DNA of 64,000 nucleotides from Lama guanicoe (Eukaryota): NCBI GenBank assembly GCA_013239625.1, contig MU054187.1:17848711-17912710 (forward strand), read 5' to 3'. The translations under genes were made by a program, and so were the position numbers. Below the pieces are notes generated by a model. It ran no database searches. It saw only the letters and a program-made list of their open reading frames with translations, and was not told the origin of the DNA. Positions 25,436 through 38,442 of this stretch are shown one piece after another. Numbering within the stretch: position 1 is the first letter of the stretch; every line of letters begins with the position of its first letter.

Positions 25436-26018
25436 TTTTTTTAAACTTTTTTTATTGAGTTATAGTCATTTTACAATGTTGTGTCAAATTCCTGTGTAGA
25501 GCACAATTTTTCAGTTATACATGAACATACATATATTCATTGTCACATTTTTTTCACTATGAGCTACCACAAGATCTTGTATATATTTCCCTGTGCTATA
25601 CAGTATAATCTTGTTTATCTATTCTACATATGCTTGTCAGTATCTACAAATTATGAAATCCCAGTCTATCCCTTCCCAGCCCCTGCCCCCTTGGCAACCA
25701 CAAGTTTGTACTCTATGTCTATGAATCTATTTCTGTTTTGTATTTATGTTCTTCTTCTTTTTTTTTTTTAGATTCCACATATGAACAATCTCATATGGTA
25801 TTTTTCTTTCTCTTTCTGGCTTGCTTCACTTAGAATGACGTCCTCCAGGGACATCCATGTTGCTGCAAATGGCGTTATGTTGTCTTTTTATGGCTAAATA
25901 GTATTCCATTGTATAAATATACCACATCATCTTTATCTAGTCATCTGTTGATGGACATTTAGGCCGTTTCCATGTCTTGGCTATTGTAAATAGTGCTGCT
26001 AGGAACATTGGGGTGCAG
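25436..26018 (-). mobile_element. Lineage-specific (camelid-type) L1 3' end inserted in an L2
   Basis: Poly-T tail, L1 3' UTR and ORF2 end; closely similar to the copy at 29109-29658. Degenerate TSD gagtatacattcta / gagtaggattcca. Confidence 0.85.
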
Positions 26019-27201
26019 GAGTAGGATTCCATTGGAGGTATAGAACAATAAGAAAGTAAAAATTATATAAAATATTTGAAATTTACTAAGGTCTATGGAA
26101 AAAAAGTAGGATCAGGATAGGGAATTTGTGTATGTAAAGGCAAGTGTGGGATAGGGGAAAATGTGATTTTAAATGGGCTTCAACAGGAAGGTGACATTTG
26201 AACAAAGACCGAAAGGGGATTGAGTGAGTCACCTGGATGTCTATAAGAGGCATCTTCTGGAGAGAGGAAAGCCAACACAAAGTTCTATGGCAGAGAATGC
26301 CTGGAGACTTTGATCTGTCTGCTTCTTTTTCTCTTTCTTCCTTCCTTTTTTCTGTACCTGACGCATCCTAAATAGCTCACACTTACAGTTTCCACTCCTA
26401 TTCATTCATTCTCCATTCCCCTGTACCCTGGGGCTCTGGCTTCCATCCTAGTTTATCAGCGAACTGGTTGGCTATTCGTCGGTGATGTTACTTCTTAAAT
26501 TATCTTTTAAAAACTATAAAAATAGAAACGTAAAGTATAAACATTTAATAAATGGAGACAAGCAAAATTTTAGAAAATTGATCCTCCATCTAACCATCAC
26601 ACTTGTGACAAGCATGCTGTTAATATACATTTTTAACCAAAACAGGATCATACTATACATGTTGTTCTGCAACATGCTTTGTTTTCAGTCATCTCTCTCT
26701 CTTTTTATAGTTCAATAAATTCTTATCTAATGCTCAGATATTCAAATTTCCAGAATTGCCCCCCAAACAGTCATTGCACTGGAGCGCTGGTTTTTTTGGC
26801 AGATTGTTACAGTAGAAACCACAATCTGGGCACTAGAAGTGCTTGTTACCTCTGGGCCATTTTAGTGGTTGCAGCTGGAAACATCATGAGTTAGTGTTGA
26901 TCTTTCTAATTACACTTTAATAGTTCAGCTTTTGTCACTTAATTGTTTTAATTTAGAATGTTATCCGTTTTCTCTTCCACTGAAAAGATTGACTCCTAAT
27001 ATCATTAACTTAATCACTTCTTTTTAAATAATTTATATAAAATAATCATAAATTATTAATGCAAATATTACATGAAATAACAAATTCTAAGGGAATTTTA
27101 AACCATCTTCATGGTTCTTTCTGGTTCTTGGGTGCCTCCCTCTAAGGATATATAACATCAAAATTCTGTATTCCAAAGTCACTTAAAATAAATCTTTTCT
27201 T

Positions 27202-27305
27202 GGGGGAGGGTATAGCTCAGTGGTAGGGTGTTCACTTAGCATGCATGAGGTCCTGGGTTCAATTCCCCAGTACCTCCATTAAAAATAAATAAAGAAAAAT
27301 TTTAA
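27202..27305 (+). mobile_element. tRNA-Ala-derived SINE (camelid vic-1-like)
   Basis: A box tagctcagtgg, B box gggttcaattcc, A-rich tail, and a 16-bp TSD aaaataaatcttttct (27185-27200) / aaaatcaatcttttct (27306-27321). Confidence 0.88.
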
Positions 27306-27569
27306 AAAATCAATCTTTTCTATTTATATTTATTTAACCAATTTAACATATGATAGGTTCAGTTGTTTTCAATGGTATTTTTAAATTTCACTCTATAGGA
27401 AGCGTAGTACAGAGGAGTTCTATGTGGCAAGTCCTGCCTCTCTTTCCTCTTCTATTCCCTGAGTTCTTCCCCTAGTAGGTAAATATTTCCTCCATACCAG
27501 ACCATAAAAACTTTTTCTGGTTTTTGTTGTGTTTTGTAATAGCTGCATTATATATAAACGGCCCATAAT

Positions 27570-28200
27570 TTTTTTTTAAACCAATATTCTCCTGCTGGCC
27601 ACTTGGTTTGGACACAGTCTTGTAAAAACATTTCGGGTACCTTTCACCACTTGGCTTACTTGACATCTTAGAAGCACTGGACACTTAATCACTCTTTCTT
27701 GGTTTTTTCCCCTCCTATGTTTCCATTGACATCATTCTCTTAATTCTCATCTTGTGGACTTACAGTCTTGCCTCATTCTTTGGGTTCTCTTTCTCTGCTT
27801 GTCTGTTGTAGTATTTCTCCTCCTCGGGGTTCTGCTCCTGGCCCTCTCCTTTATGCTGTGCTGACTTCCTGAGTCACCTCATCGACTCCATAGTGTTAAC
27901 CACTGGTTTATGCTCCTTGCCCACATTTTACATGTCCTGCCTTGTGTCGATATGACCTTAAATTGCAACCCTGTTATCCAACAGGCTATGGTGCATCTCT
28001 ATCTGACTCTCTCAAAGGTATCTCAAACTCAGCCTGCACAAATACACACTTATTTTCGACTTCATTCTTCCCACCTGATATGCTTCCAGAATAGATACTT
28101 TCATTGTACATTTCAGCCCCAGGCTAGAACCCTGGGAGCCATAAAATCAATCACTATATCCTGTTTGATGACATGTGCCTGCTATTTACTGTCCTGTCTT
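27570..28200. mobile_element. LINE-2 fragment
   Basis: Pyrimidine-rich L2 motifs (cttacttgacatcttagaagcactggacac; ggccctctcct). Confidence 0.6.
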
Positions 28201-29108
28201 ATCTTTTCCTGCGGTCTTTCTTTAGGTCCTTTTCCTCTCTCTCCTCAATTACAAAAATCTCCTTCGAAGATGTTTTTGACTGAGATACAGATAAAAAGAA
28301 ATAGCAAAATGAAGGGCAAGGAGAATTGAGTTAAAATTAAATCATATTATGTCGAGCATTTATTTAAACATTTCTATGTTTAAATAACACTTATTATTCA
28401 CTTGAAAGTGTTGTCATTTTGGTTGTAAGACCAGCTTCAGTTGTTTTATCCTCCTCCTGTTCCTTCCCACAAACAAATGAACCATTTGAAATTGAAGAGA
28501 CTGGCTCTACAAATTATTCCAGAATCACTTGTTTTTATCTGCAACGTCTGGTTTGTGGGAATTGTTTGGTTATAGTAATATTTAGGATGACTAAGAGTGG
28601 TTTCCAGGCAGCATTGTAAATAGAATTTTGTAAGGAGGTGTCTTGTCAGTTAGAAGGTGATGTTGCATCAACTGAGTTCATAAAATATGTCTTACAAACC
28701 AGTACAGGTATCAGTTTTCACATTATTTTAAAATTTATTTGCATTATGGAATTGTGAATTTGAAAAACTGTTCGACCTGAATTGGATGGGTAATAATTTG
28801 ATAACCTTCGTACTGCATCCATTGATGAAAAGATATTTGCATTGATTGGTAATTTAATTTGGTCATAATTCCTCCATGTTGGCAATATATATTGAATACT
28901 TTCGAAGTATGAAATGCCACTTTTGTTTCATTATATTTTAGTAATTACGGTAAGGTAAGGGTGATCACAAGAAGCAACTGTGCTCTAAAATCAACAACTT
29001 ATGTTGAAATACAAATATACCCATTGAACAAAATGAATATCTGTATAATATTATATATCTTGATTACTAACAGAAGCTATTAACACTATTTTAACACTTG
29101 GGAAATTT

Positions 29109-29658
29109 AATTAATTAATTAATAAACATTTTTTATTGATTTATAATCATTTTACAATGTTGTGTCAAGTTCCAGTGTACAGCACAATTTTTCAGTTATA
29201 CATGAACATATATATATTCATTGTCACATTTTTTCCTCTGTGAGCTACCATAAGACCTTGTGTATACCTCCCTGTGCTATACAGTATAATCTTGTTTGTC
29301 TATTCTACGATTTTGAAATCCCAGTCTATCCCTTCCCACCCCCCACCCCCTTGGCAACCACAAGTTTGTATTCTATGTCTATGAGTCTATTTCTGTTTTG
29401 TATTTATGCTTTGTTTGTTTGTTTGTTTTTTTAGATTCCACATATGAGCGATCTCATATGGTATTTTTCTTTCTCTTTCTGGCTTACTTCACTTAGAATG
29501 ACATTCTCCAGGAGCATCCATGTTGCTGCAAATGGCATTATGTTGTCAGTTTTTGTGGCTGAATAGTATTCCATTGTATAAATATACCACATCTTCTTTA
29601 TCCAGTCATCTGTTGATGGACATTTAGGCTGTCTCCATGTCTTGGCTATTGTAAATAG
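29109..29658 (-). mobile_element. Lineage-specific (camelid-type) L1 3' end
   Basis: 16-bp TSD aacacttgggaaattt (29093-29108) / aatacttgggaaattt (29659-29674); similar to 25436-26018. Confidence 0.88.
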
Positions 29659-29927
29659 AATACTTGGGAAATTTTAACTTCCTGATGGTGTTTTCCCTTC
29701 AAAGTAACTACCTTATGAATTTATAAACCTATTTTATTATATTCTTGCTATCATGCTTCAAAATGTATCTTGGAAATCCTTATAGAGTGAGTCATAAAAA
29801 CCTCTAGTATGTTATTGAAATTTTTTTCTTTGTGATTATGGGCTTGATGTGCGAAAACAGTGAAAAAATAAATCAGAAACAGAAAGAATTATGGAAATTC
29901 TTGAACACTTAATTATTAGTTGATTTT

Positions 29928-30160
29928 TGCCTGGTCACAAATTTAAATGGCTGCAGAGGGCAGGTAGGTAACGTACGGTGCGTGCAGACAGCCTGCTGAG
30001 GACTGTGATGACTGGAGAGCTCAGGCCTCATCCAAAGGAGGCCAGAATGCACGGTCAGCATTGCCTGGTTTTCCAGTCTTGCGGGCAAGGCTGAAACTTT
30101 GCATATTTATTTACTGGACCCTCCCAATGTTTAAATGTTGGCTCACTTCTTTTGAACACT
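29928..30160 (+). mobile_element. MER102-like DNA transposon
   Basis: cagagggcaggtaggtaacgta...gactggagagc motif. Confidence 0.55.
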
Positions 30161-30654
30161 TGATTTGCAATCTTGACTTTAACAGTAATACCTCTTCATA
30201 GTGCTTATCCTCTATGTAAGCTTGTCTTACGTTTTCATAAATTCAGCTCTCTTCACACCAACTGTTTTCCTCTCTAATTAATCAATAGCATTACAGCAAA
30301 GAGTGAGAGCAAAGGAGAAACATATAATGGTTGTTTTATCAGTAAGGCAGTTCCCCCCGACCTTACCCCCAGATACTTTTCTCCATGTCATTCATCAACA
30401 TTTGACAGATTGTATATTTACTTGTTTGTTCCCTTTTTCTCTCCACCATAACATAAGCTCCATGAAGACATTTTTTGTTGTTGTTCAATGATGCATAATT
30501 AGTTCCTAGGATGTTTACTGGCAAATAATAGGTCCATAATAAATATCCATTAAATGAGTGAATGTTCCATAGATAGTTGGCTACGTAAGGGAAATAACTA
30601 AAGAATCAGGGATATTTAACCTTGACAAGAAAAGACATAATCAGGAATACAATC

Positions 30655-30828
30655 AAAGGGTGCGGGCACTGGCTCTTACTGGCCTGGAGGAGCTGACTAC
30701 GCACATCTCTTCTTAGCTCTGCAGTCAGTGACGTTCCATTGGTTGCCTGAAGTCAGCCATGGTGAAAGTATTTCTGCTACAGAAACCAGCAAATGATAAA
30801 AATGTATCATTTACCAGCACATCATTCG
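30655..30828 (+). mobile_element. MER63-like DNA transposon
   Basis: cagtgacgttccattggttgcctgaagtcagccatggtg...catttaccagcaca. Confidence 0.65.
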
Positions 30829-31009
30829 GTACCAGTTGTGAGAGAATGTCTTAGCAAAAGAAAGCACTTTGTTACATCCAACAGTGGAATGGCCTAAGTC
30901 ATAGGCAGTAGTTAGCTCTATTTTAGAGATTTGCTTATTGAGGACATACATTGTAAAACTTATTCAGGCATGTAGAGCTAATGGGTCATAAGATACATTG
31001 CAATTTTGA

Positions 31010-32890
31010 AAATAATCTGTGCTTTTCCCTGTGGCTCTTTAAACATTTTCCTTATTGTTATTAATTTTTATGAAGTCTTACTATGGTGTGTCTAGGTGTG
31101 GATTTCTTTTTATTTATCCTGCTTTAGATTTTTAGAGCTTCTTGAGACTATGGTTTGGTATCTTTTATCAGTTCTACAAAATCTCAGCTATCATTTCTTC
31201 AAATACTTTCTCTGCCGCATTCTCTATCTCCTACTTCTTAGATGTTGTATTTTCTCATTGTGCTCTCAAAATCTCTTACCACGTCCTCTGTATTTTTCAT
31301 CCCTTTGTCTTTCGGTGCTTTACACTGTTTAGTTTCTTCAAATTCTTCTTCCAGTTCACTAATTCTTTCTTTCCTTGCATCTAATCAAATGAGAAATCCC
31401 ATAGAGAAACTTTTCCCACAGTTATTATGCTCTTCTATTCTTGATTTTTTTTTAAAATTTGGTTCTTTTTCAATGTGCTGTGTCACATTCTATAGTTTAC
31501 AGTTCCTGCTGAACTATGTAATGTTGGCCTTTTACTTCTTGTTGAATAAAGTAAGTACGTGCACCTCCACTCATTTAGGATAAGGATAGTACATACGTGC
31601 TTGTAGGTGTGTTTCCGTCTCCTGCTTTCCTGCTTATTTGCACTCATGGTGCCTTGCTTCTTTGTGTAGCTGCTTATGGCTTGTCATATTGTGTGCTGCA
31701 CAGCATTTCAGAAACCTCATTCGTAAGACTAATGTGAAGCCTAGAATGGTGAATATCCTCCTCCAGAAAGGAGTTTGCTTTCCTTTTGTCAGGTAACTGG
31801 AGGCACTTCCAGTGTGCGACCACCTTAATCTGAGTTCGGATTTGGAGGTTTCTTGGATCATCCAGATGATGAAAAGCCTGGCTATATAGGTCTGTGCAAA
31901 AGCTATGCTACTTACAGCGCCTGCTTACAAGGAGGATAAACCTTTTTGGTGTCTTAGTTTAAAGTAGTGAGTGCTTAGTTAGAGCCCCTACTTTTGAGTT
32001 ATTCTCTGATTCTTCCCTTTTTAGTATAGAAGCTTGTTCTTGATTTGTGGCCGCCATGTTTTCTTCTATGTTGAGAGACAGAGACAGAGAGAGTTTGGGG
32101 GAGAGTATGGCTGAAGTGGTAAAGTGCATGCTTAGCATGCATGAGGTCCTGGGTTCAATCCCCAGTACCTCCTCTAAAAAAATAAGTCTCATTATCTCCC
32201 CCCACCCCACCAAAACAGAATAATTAATACAGAGGCAGAGAGAGATTTAAATCTCCATTTTTAACTTGCATTATTTCCACTTATTTGAGTCTTTTTTTTT
32301 TTTTGGTTGTGTTTGCTTTGCCTCTTGCTAAAAGCAGACAAGAGTCTTATCTCTTAGATGAGGGTAGTTGATATAAACCTGTCTACCTATGCCAGGATGG
32401 AAGGGAGTGGTCTGAAAAGCTAATGCAGACTTCTCCTTAACCTCCTTTATATCTTCTCTTCACCATAGTCCTTTCTTCTTCTTTGCTTTTGGTTCCAAAT
32501 TTCAGTCCCTGAGTTTCTGTTTCCCAAGAAAATAATCTGACTCCTGTGAGGGGCTGCGGAGGTGGGTGGAAACAGTAGTGGTCTGTCTCTGCCTGGTTGG
32601 GTTGTGAGACTGGAGTCAAACTAAGTTGGATGGAGGCTTGTCTCCAGTGCCTCACTGTCAGCCATGCTCCTTACTTTTGCCTTCTGTACACAGAGTCTGA
32701 TGAAGGGCTTTGTGCTAAGGAGAACCTGTTCTCTTCTAGTTGACATCACTTTTTTCATTCTGCTAACCTCTTGTTCTCATTGTCTTTGTGGAATTTTATG
32801 ATTTTTTTTTATTCCTTTAAATGTTAAGATGTTTCTGGACATAGCAGAAATAAATGCATGTTTCAATCCACCAAGTTTTAAAGTGCAGGT
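31010..32890 (-). mobile_element. Very old L1 (5'/ORF1 region) remnant
   Basis: T-rich, with aaaatctcagctatcatttcttcaaatac and ccagttcactaattct motifs. Confidence 0.6.
32097..32230 (+). mobile_element. tRNA-Ala-derived SINE (vic-1-like)
   Basis: gtggtaaagtgcatgcttagcatgcatgaggtcctgggttcaatccccagtacctcc plus tail; flanks agagacagagagagttt / agaggcagagagagattt. Confidence 0.88.
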
Positions 32891-33106
32891 GAAATTAGGT
32901 TTTAAAATGCTGTATATGGGTCCCACTTACCATCATGTTCATGCTTGCCCTTAGATCTGTATTTCCAATTCAAATCCCATTCCTGTACGACCACTATTAC
33001 TATACAAAATAATAAGTTCAAAATTTATATAACACTTACTAAATGTCAAGCACTGTTTTAAATATAACATGTACTAACTCATTTAAACCTCAGCCCCATG
33101 AGACAG

Positions 33107-33624
33107 TGTGTCAGTTATGGCAGTAAGAATGCTGTATGGCAAACTACTCAAAAACTTAAAAATGTAACACAATTTACAATAATAGCCATAAGTTATTTTT
33201 TATAGGACAGTTTCTGCTGATCTGGGCTAAGTTCAAAAGCCCTTGGCGTGGCTCACTCGTTTGTCTGCAGTCAGCTACCAGCCTGGAAGGGAGCTGTGGG
33301 TCTAGGATGACCTCAGGTAGCACAACCTGGCTCTATTCTATGTGGTCTCTGATTTTTCAAAAAGTACCCTAGGAGTATTCCCATGGCCACAACAGGATTC
33401 CAAGAGAGAAAGAGTGGAACATACAATGCTTCTTGAAACCTAAGCTCCTGCTGCACATGGTCACTTTTTACATATTCTATTGGACAAAGCAAATCAAAAC
33501 ACTAGTTCAGTCTCAAGAGGTAGAAAATAGACTCTGCCCCTTAATGAGAAACACTACAAAAAGCCAAAGGGCTATGTGTATGGGTCCAGGGAGGACCTGG
33601 AGCCTCTCACGCAGCTTTGACCAC
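33107..33624 (-). mobile_element. Old MaLR LTR (MLT1 family) inserted in a MIR
   Basis: TGT...ACA termini, catattctattggacaaagcaaatca motif, and MIR halves at about 33010-33105 and 33630-33770. Confidence 0.65.
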
Positions 33625-34836
33625 ATGTTGGTTTTATTGTTATCCTCATTTTAGAAGAAACTGAAATATGGAGAAGCTAAGTAACCAGCTCGAGGTCATG
33701 GAGCAATTCGATGGTGGCACTAGTGTTTGATTTCAGGCAATCTGGCTTCAGTCTGTGCCCTTAACTACTGTAATTTACTCTCTCTCAAGTGACGCATTGA
33801 ATTGGTCGAAAGAATGATAGACAAAGAAAGACAAAAGATATCAAAGGGGCTTTGAAGTAACTCTACAGAGAGAAAGAACGAACAAGCCACAGAGAAGAAG
33901 AAAACTTTGTGAGAAGGTGGAACTGAGACTCCTCTTCCCTTTGTGAAATCAGGGAAAGTTTGCACGTAGCTCTGGGGTTTGGAAAGAGAGAAGGCACACT
34001 GTTGCAGATAGCTGGCTTCCTGAAGTCTGCAGCTTGTTAGAACCCATCAAGCTACAGTAACTGGAAGGAAGGCACAGTATCCAAAAGCATCACTCACGTG
34101 GATGAGATCTGGGTGGTGTGAATAGTTGGGGAAAGTGTTTTGCAACCCATAAAACGTACTTGGCTCTACCTTCTCAATTAAAAAGACGATTTTGGTGGTG
34201 TGCTTTTGAGTTATTTCTCAAACAGCATCATCATGACATTACATATCCATGCATGGCATTCAGGAGAACCTGGCTTTTTAGCACTTCGCTGAAGGTCTGT
34301 CCAATCCAGGGATGCATAGCACACCAGAGGAGGGTGGGCAGGAAGCAGAGACGTTTCCAGTCACGAGGGGAAATGCCTGATTCAGTGAGGCAAGCAGTCT
34401 GGAAGCAGAACGGGAAGCACCTCTCTTCCTCAGCGCCTTTGTAGTTAACACTTTCTTTCTTCCTTTGGTCATTCAGTCTTTTACATGATAGGAAAATACA
34501 GATTGAGGACTGAGAAGCATTTGCCAGTCTAATGGGAAACACCCCTGGTTTTTTTCGCTGTTATGTGAGTGAAACACTCTAGTAATTTACCTTCATTGCA
34601 ACTTCCACTATGCTTTGAGATAATCACAGTATAGATAGTGAAAAGTGATCTCACTTTTTTTTCAGTTGCCTGTCATGTATTCTAAGACTTACATGAGAAG
34701 GTAGTAATACTCGGCTCTCCAACCAAGACACAAAGAGCTGATCAGGACCCTGAGATCTCTAAGAGCCTACAAGACTGAGAGTCTACAAATTGCAATCAGA
34801 AATGTGTCTGAGTGATGGTGGTGGGATAAATGTGAT

Positions 34837-34873
34837 GTGTGTGTGTATGCGTGTGTATGTGTGAGAGAGAGAG
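34837..34873 (+). repeat. (TG)n(AG)n compound microsatellite
   Basis: Directly visible, imperfect. Confidence 0.8.
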
Positions 34874-35264
34874 AACCTAGGCAGTTGCAGCCTGTCCAAA
34901 GGCAGGTTATTTACCAGCTCCACAGTCTTTTGCTTTAGTAGTGAGTCTTTGTCTGTCATGAGATGGAACCCTCACCTTATCTTAGCATGACATTTTGCAA
35001 AGAATTTCTGATGACTCTGGGATACAGTGATTCTGGGAGAAAAGGAAGATGGAAGATGAGCCTTTTCAGCACCACTAATGCAGAGAGCTGGTAATACAGC
35101 CACATTACCAGTTTTCTGCATTTGTAGAACCATCAGTTCCTACAGTGTCAGCTTAAAATGCTACTTTCCACTGTAATTTCCCAGGAGTTGCAACTGGAAC
35201 TCTTCATAGACTTGGTCTGTTAGTTCAATATTAGAATGAAAAATATTAACATTTGTTTTGTCAG

Positions 35265-35265
<1 letters not shown>

Positions 35266-35295
<30 letters not shown>

Positions 35296-35297
35296 TT
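35266..35297 (+). repeat. (TTAT)n microsatellite
   Basis: About 8 perfect units. Confidence 0.9.
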
Positions 35298-36139
35298 TTG
35301 GAAATCCCTTGTATTTAAACATCCAGAAAAGATGAAAACAAGACAGAATAAAACACATGCACCAGTGATGTTTTTGTGCTTTAAAGACAGGTCTTCCAAA
35401 GTTTAACAGGGTCACATTTCTAAGTTTCTCCAGAAACAGACCAATTCTTTAAATAATCTGGTCTCATTTCTCCAGTTTGATATCTTTGAAGGCAGGTTTA
35501 CATATTCCACAAATCAGAAAGCATGATCTATTCTTTATCACAAATTGATACTTGTTTTAACATAAAAATTTAGTTGGAACATGTCTACCTGCAGTCAGCA
35601 GATGGTCTGAATTCTTCCAGGGTCGTGTGGGAAATTACCTTGGGGCAATTTATACTTGCAACCTCCGAGTGAGTGTACCACCAGGCAAGTTATCTGTACC
35701 AGAGGTCACAGAGCAGATGGGCTTACAGACTAAATTATGTTACCTTGAGCTACATGTGTTATCAAATAAATTTAAAATATCCTGTGGCAATCAAAAGGAA
35801 AGAATGGGGTGAGTCAACAATCTGAGGATATCAGGCAAGCGGGGTGGAAAAGCCACAACTCCTGAATCCTGGGTTTTCACAAAACAAGCTTGGGTTTCAA
35901 CAAAAATTCAGCTGTTTGGAAATATCTTGTTGATTTTATCAGCCTTAATCTGTTTTTCTAGAAAACCATTTTGCTAGCTGTAAGAGTAGAAAGACCTATG
36001 GAATAAAAACTTTATGTACAAATGAGTAAAGTGCTCAGCAAATGTAAGATGTTACTATTTTTGATATTAATAATAGGGTACAATGACAGTGTGTCATTCT
36101 TCTTGTAAATCCCATTGTGGTAACGACCTACTCAGTTAG

Positions 36140-38000
36140 ATTAATTCATTTACTCGCTCACTTAACCATTTATTGATTTACTAGCTATAGTTCTGAACAG
36201 TGGAGATAAGGCAGTGAACAAAACAGCAAATATCCTGTCCTTAGCAGATCTTCCATTCTGGTCAGGGAGAGAGACAATAAAATATAGTAAATAATTAAGT
36301 TGTGTGCTATGTAAAAGCATTGTAAGTACAATGAAAAAAATAAAGCAAAATAAGAGGGTTTGGGAATACCCAGAGGGCTAGGGTGTTGCAATGAGATTGG
36401 GCCTAATTCTGAGCAGAGCGAGCCCTACAGATATTTCAGGGGAAATGTGAGAATATTTTTGTGTTAGGAGGAGTTAATTTGGAGGTGGAGTTATCAGGGT
36501 ATGTTAACAGATTGCACATGTAGGCTGTGAGAACAGCAAGTGCAAAGGCCCTGAGGTAAAAGGTCTCATTTCTTTTAGGAGCAGCAGGGAATCCATTGTA
36601 GCTGAAGCAGGAGGACCAAGAGGAAGCAATCAGGAGATCAGAGAGGCAGTGGTGGGGCCAGATGTGTAGGGCTTTGTAGGCAATATTAAGAATTGGCTTT
36701 TGCTCTAAAGTGGAGGGATATTTATTTTATATGTAAGGTGTTAAGCAGAAGAGTGATATGATATGATTTGCATCTTAAAATGATAATCTAACTGCCTTGT
36801 TGAGAAACAGACTGGACTGGGTTGTGGATGAAAGCAGGACAACCAGTTTGGAGGATGTTGTAATAATCCAGGTGCAAGAAGTTAGTGACAGTCTTGGGTG
36901 ACAATAGTGATGGTATTAGGGGGAGGTTAGGTCCTATATATAATTTAAAGGTTGAGTCATTAGAGTTTGTTAACAGCTGGGATGAAGGGGTGTGAAGAAA
37001 AGCGAGGAATCAAGATGAGTTTAAGGTTTTTGATCTGAGTACCTGAATGGGTGATAATCCCATTAACTGAGATGGGAAGAGAGAGGGAAGGAAGACGGAA
37101 TTTGGGAGAGGAGAGAAGCTCTGTTTTTGGATGTGTTACTCTAAATTGTAAGTGTCACCTTAGTTAGAACCTGAGATTTATGAATATGTAGTTCAGGGGA
37201 GAATTGGGAGCTGCACAAATAAATTTGAGTGTTGTCCATGACAGGGGAATATTGAAAGCCATGGATCAGGATAAAATCACCGAGGCAGTGTGGTTTAAGG
37301 ACTGAGTGTGAGGCTTGTAAGCACTGAAAAGTCTGGGAGAAGAGGAAGGACTGTAAAGGAAACAGAGTAGGAATAAACAGGAAGAGGGGATTTAGGAACA
37401 TGGGGAACAGTGGAAACCCTGAGCTGAATGTGATTCAATGGAGTGGCAAAGTCAGAAGGAGAGACACAGAGAATGGCATGGACAAGAGGTAGAGTGGTGG
37501 ATGGAATCTGAAGGAAGAGATAGGAATGTCAAGAGAGTGGAATATGTGTCCTTTCTTGAAAAATAATAGTAATATGGAAGAAAGAACAAAGCTTGAATGC
37601 TGATGGAAATGATCTGGTATAGAATGGGAAACTGATGATGCAGGGGGAAGAAGAGAGATTTGAAGAGCTGTATCCTTCCATCGCTAGGTTGGCTGTGACC
37701 TGGTGCCTGACTAAGGGGTTGCCTTGGATACGGAGGCAGGGAGTTCATCTATAAAAACAGGAAAACAGGGTGGGGGAGGGTAGTTACCAAGGGCAAATAT
37801 GATGGTGGGAGCCTGTGAGGATGTCTTCTGATTGTTTCAATCTTTTCAGCAAAGTAGGAAGCAAAACCATCCGCCGAGAGAGATGACAGGAGAGGTATTT
37901 GGAGGGATAAGGAGGGAAACATTTATGAGAAGAGTCATGGAGGAGAGTGGATTCGGTAATCGTAATGCACAAGTGCAGGTGGGCGGGAGGTGGCCTTCTC
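36140..38000 (-). mobile_element. Long LINE-2 remnant (about 1.9 kb) including the 3' end
   Basis: cattta...tttattga tail, tgcaaaggccctgagg, and further L2 motifs throughout. Confidence 0.75.
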
Positions 38001-38281
38001 ACCATCATGGCGCTGGGCAATTCGGTACTCTAAGGGGGGGTCAAAACTTGCTCGACCCCTAGCCTCTCTCCTCTTCTGCCTCTGCTTCCTGATAAGTAGA
38101 CCTGCAAGCACTCTTCTTTTCCTTGTCTAAACTGTACTGCTTGCACTTCTGTGATTTACTTACACCAGGCACTAATTGTTTGCAACTAGTAACTGATTCT
38201 GCTATTTTCTTAATAATTAATGTTGACTGTGGTGGCAATGTTTAGCTAAGCTATAATTTAAGACCAGGTTTACAAAAAGGT

Positions 38282-38442
38282 GGGGGACGGTATATAGCTC
38301 AGTGGTAGAGTGTGTGCTTAGCATGAACGAAGTCCTGGGTTCAATTCCCAGTACCTTCATTATAAATACATAAATAAATAAACTTAATTACCTCCTCCCC
38401 TCCAAAAAGAAAAAAAAACCAACCAAAACAAACAAAAAAACC
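38282..38442 (+). mobile_element. tRNA-Ala-derived SINE (vic-1-like)
   Basis: tagctcagtggtagagtgtgtgcttagcatg...gggttcaattccccagtacc plus A-rich tail. Confidence 0.88.

Noticed and set aside
27202..27280. tRNA-Ala gene (also at 32097 and 38282)
   Set aside because: Mutated stems, A-rich tails and TSDs show these are SINE copies.
27910..28329. 139-aa ORF
   Set aside because: Lies mostly in a degenerate L2, with no recognisable homology.
25481..29434. Paralogous small protein pair (ORFs 25481..25771 and 29162..29434)
   Set aside because: Antisense readings of two copies of the same L1 3' UTR.
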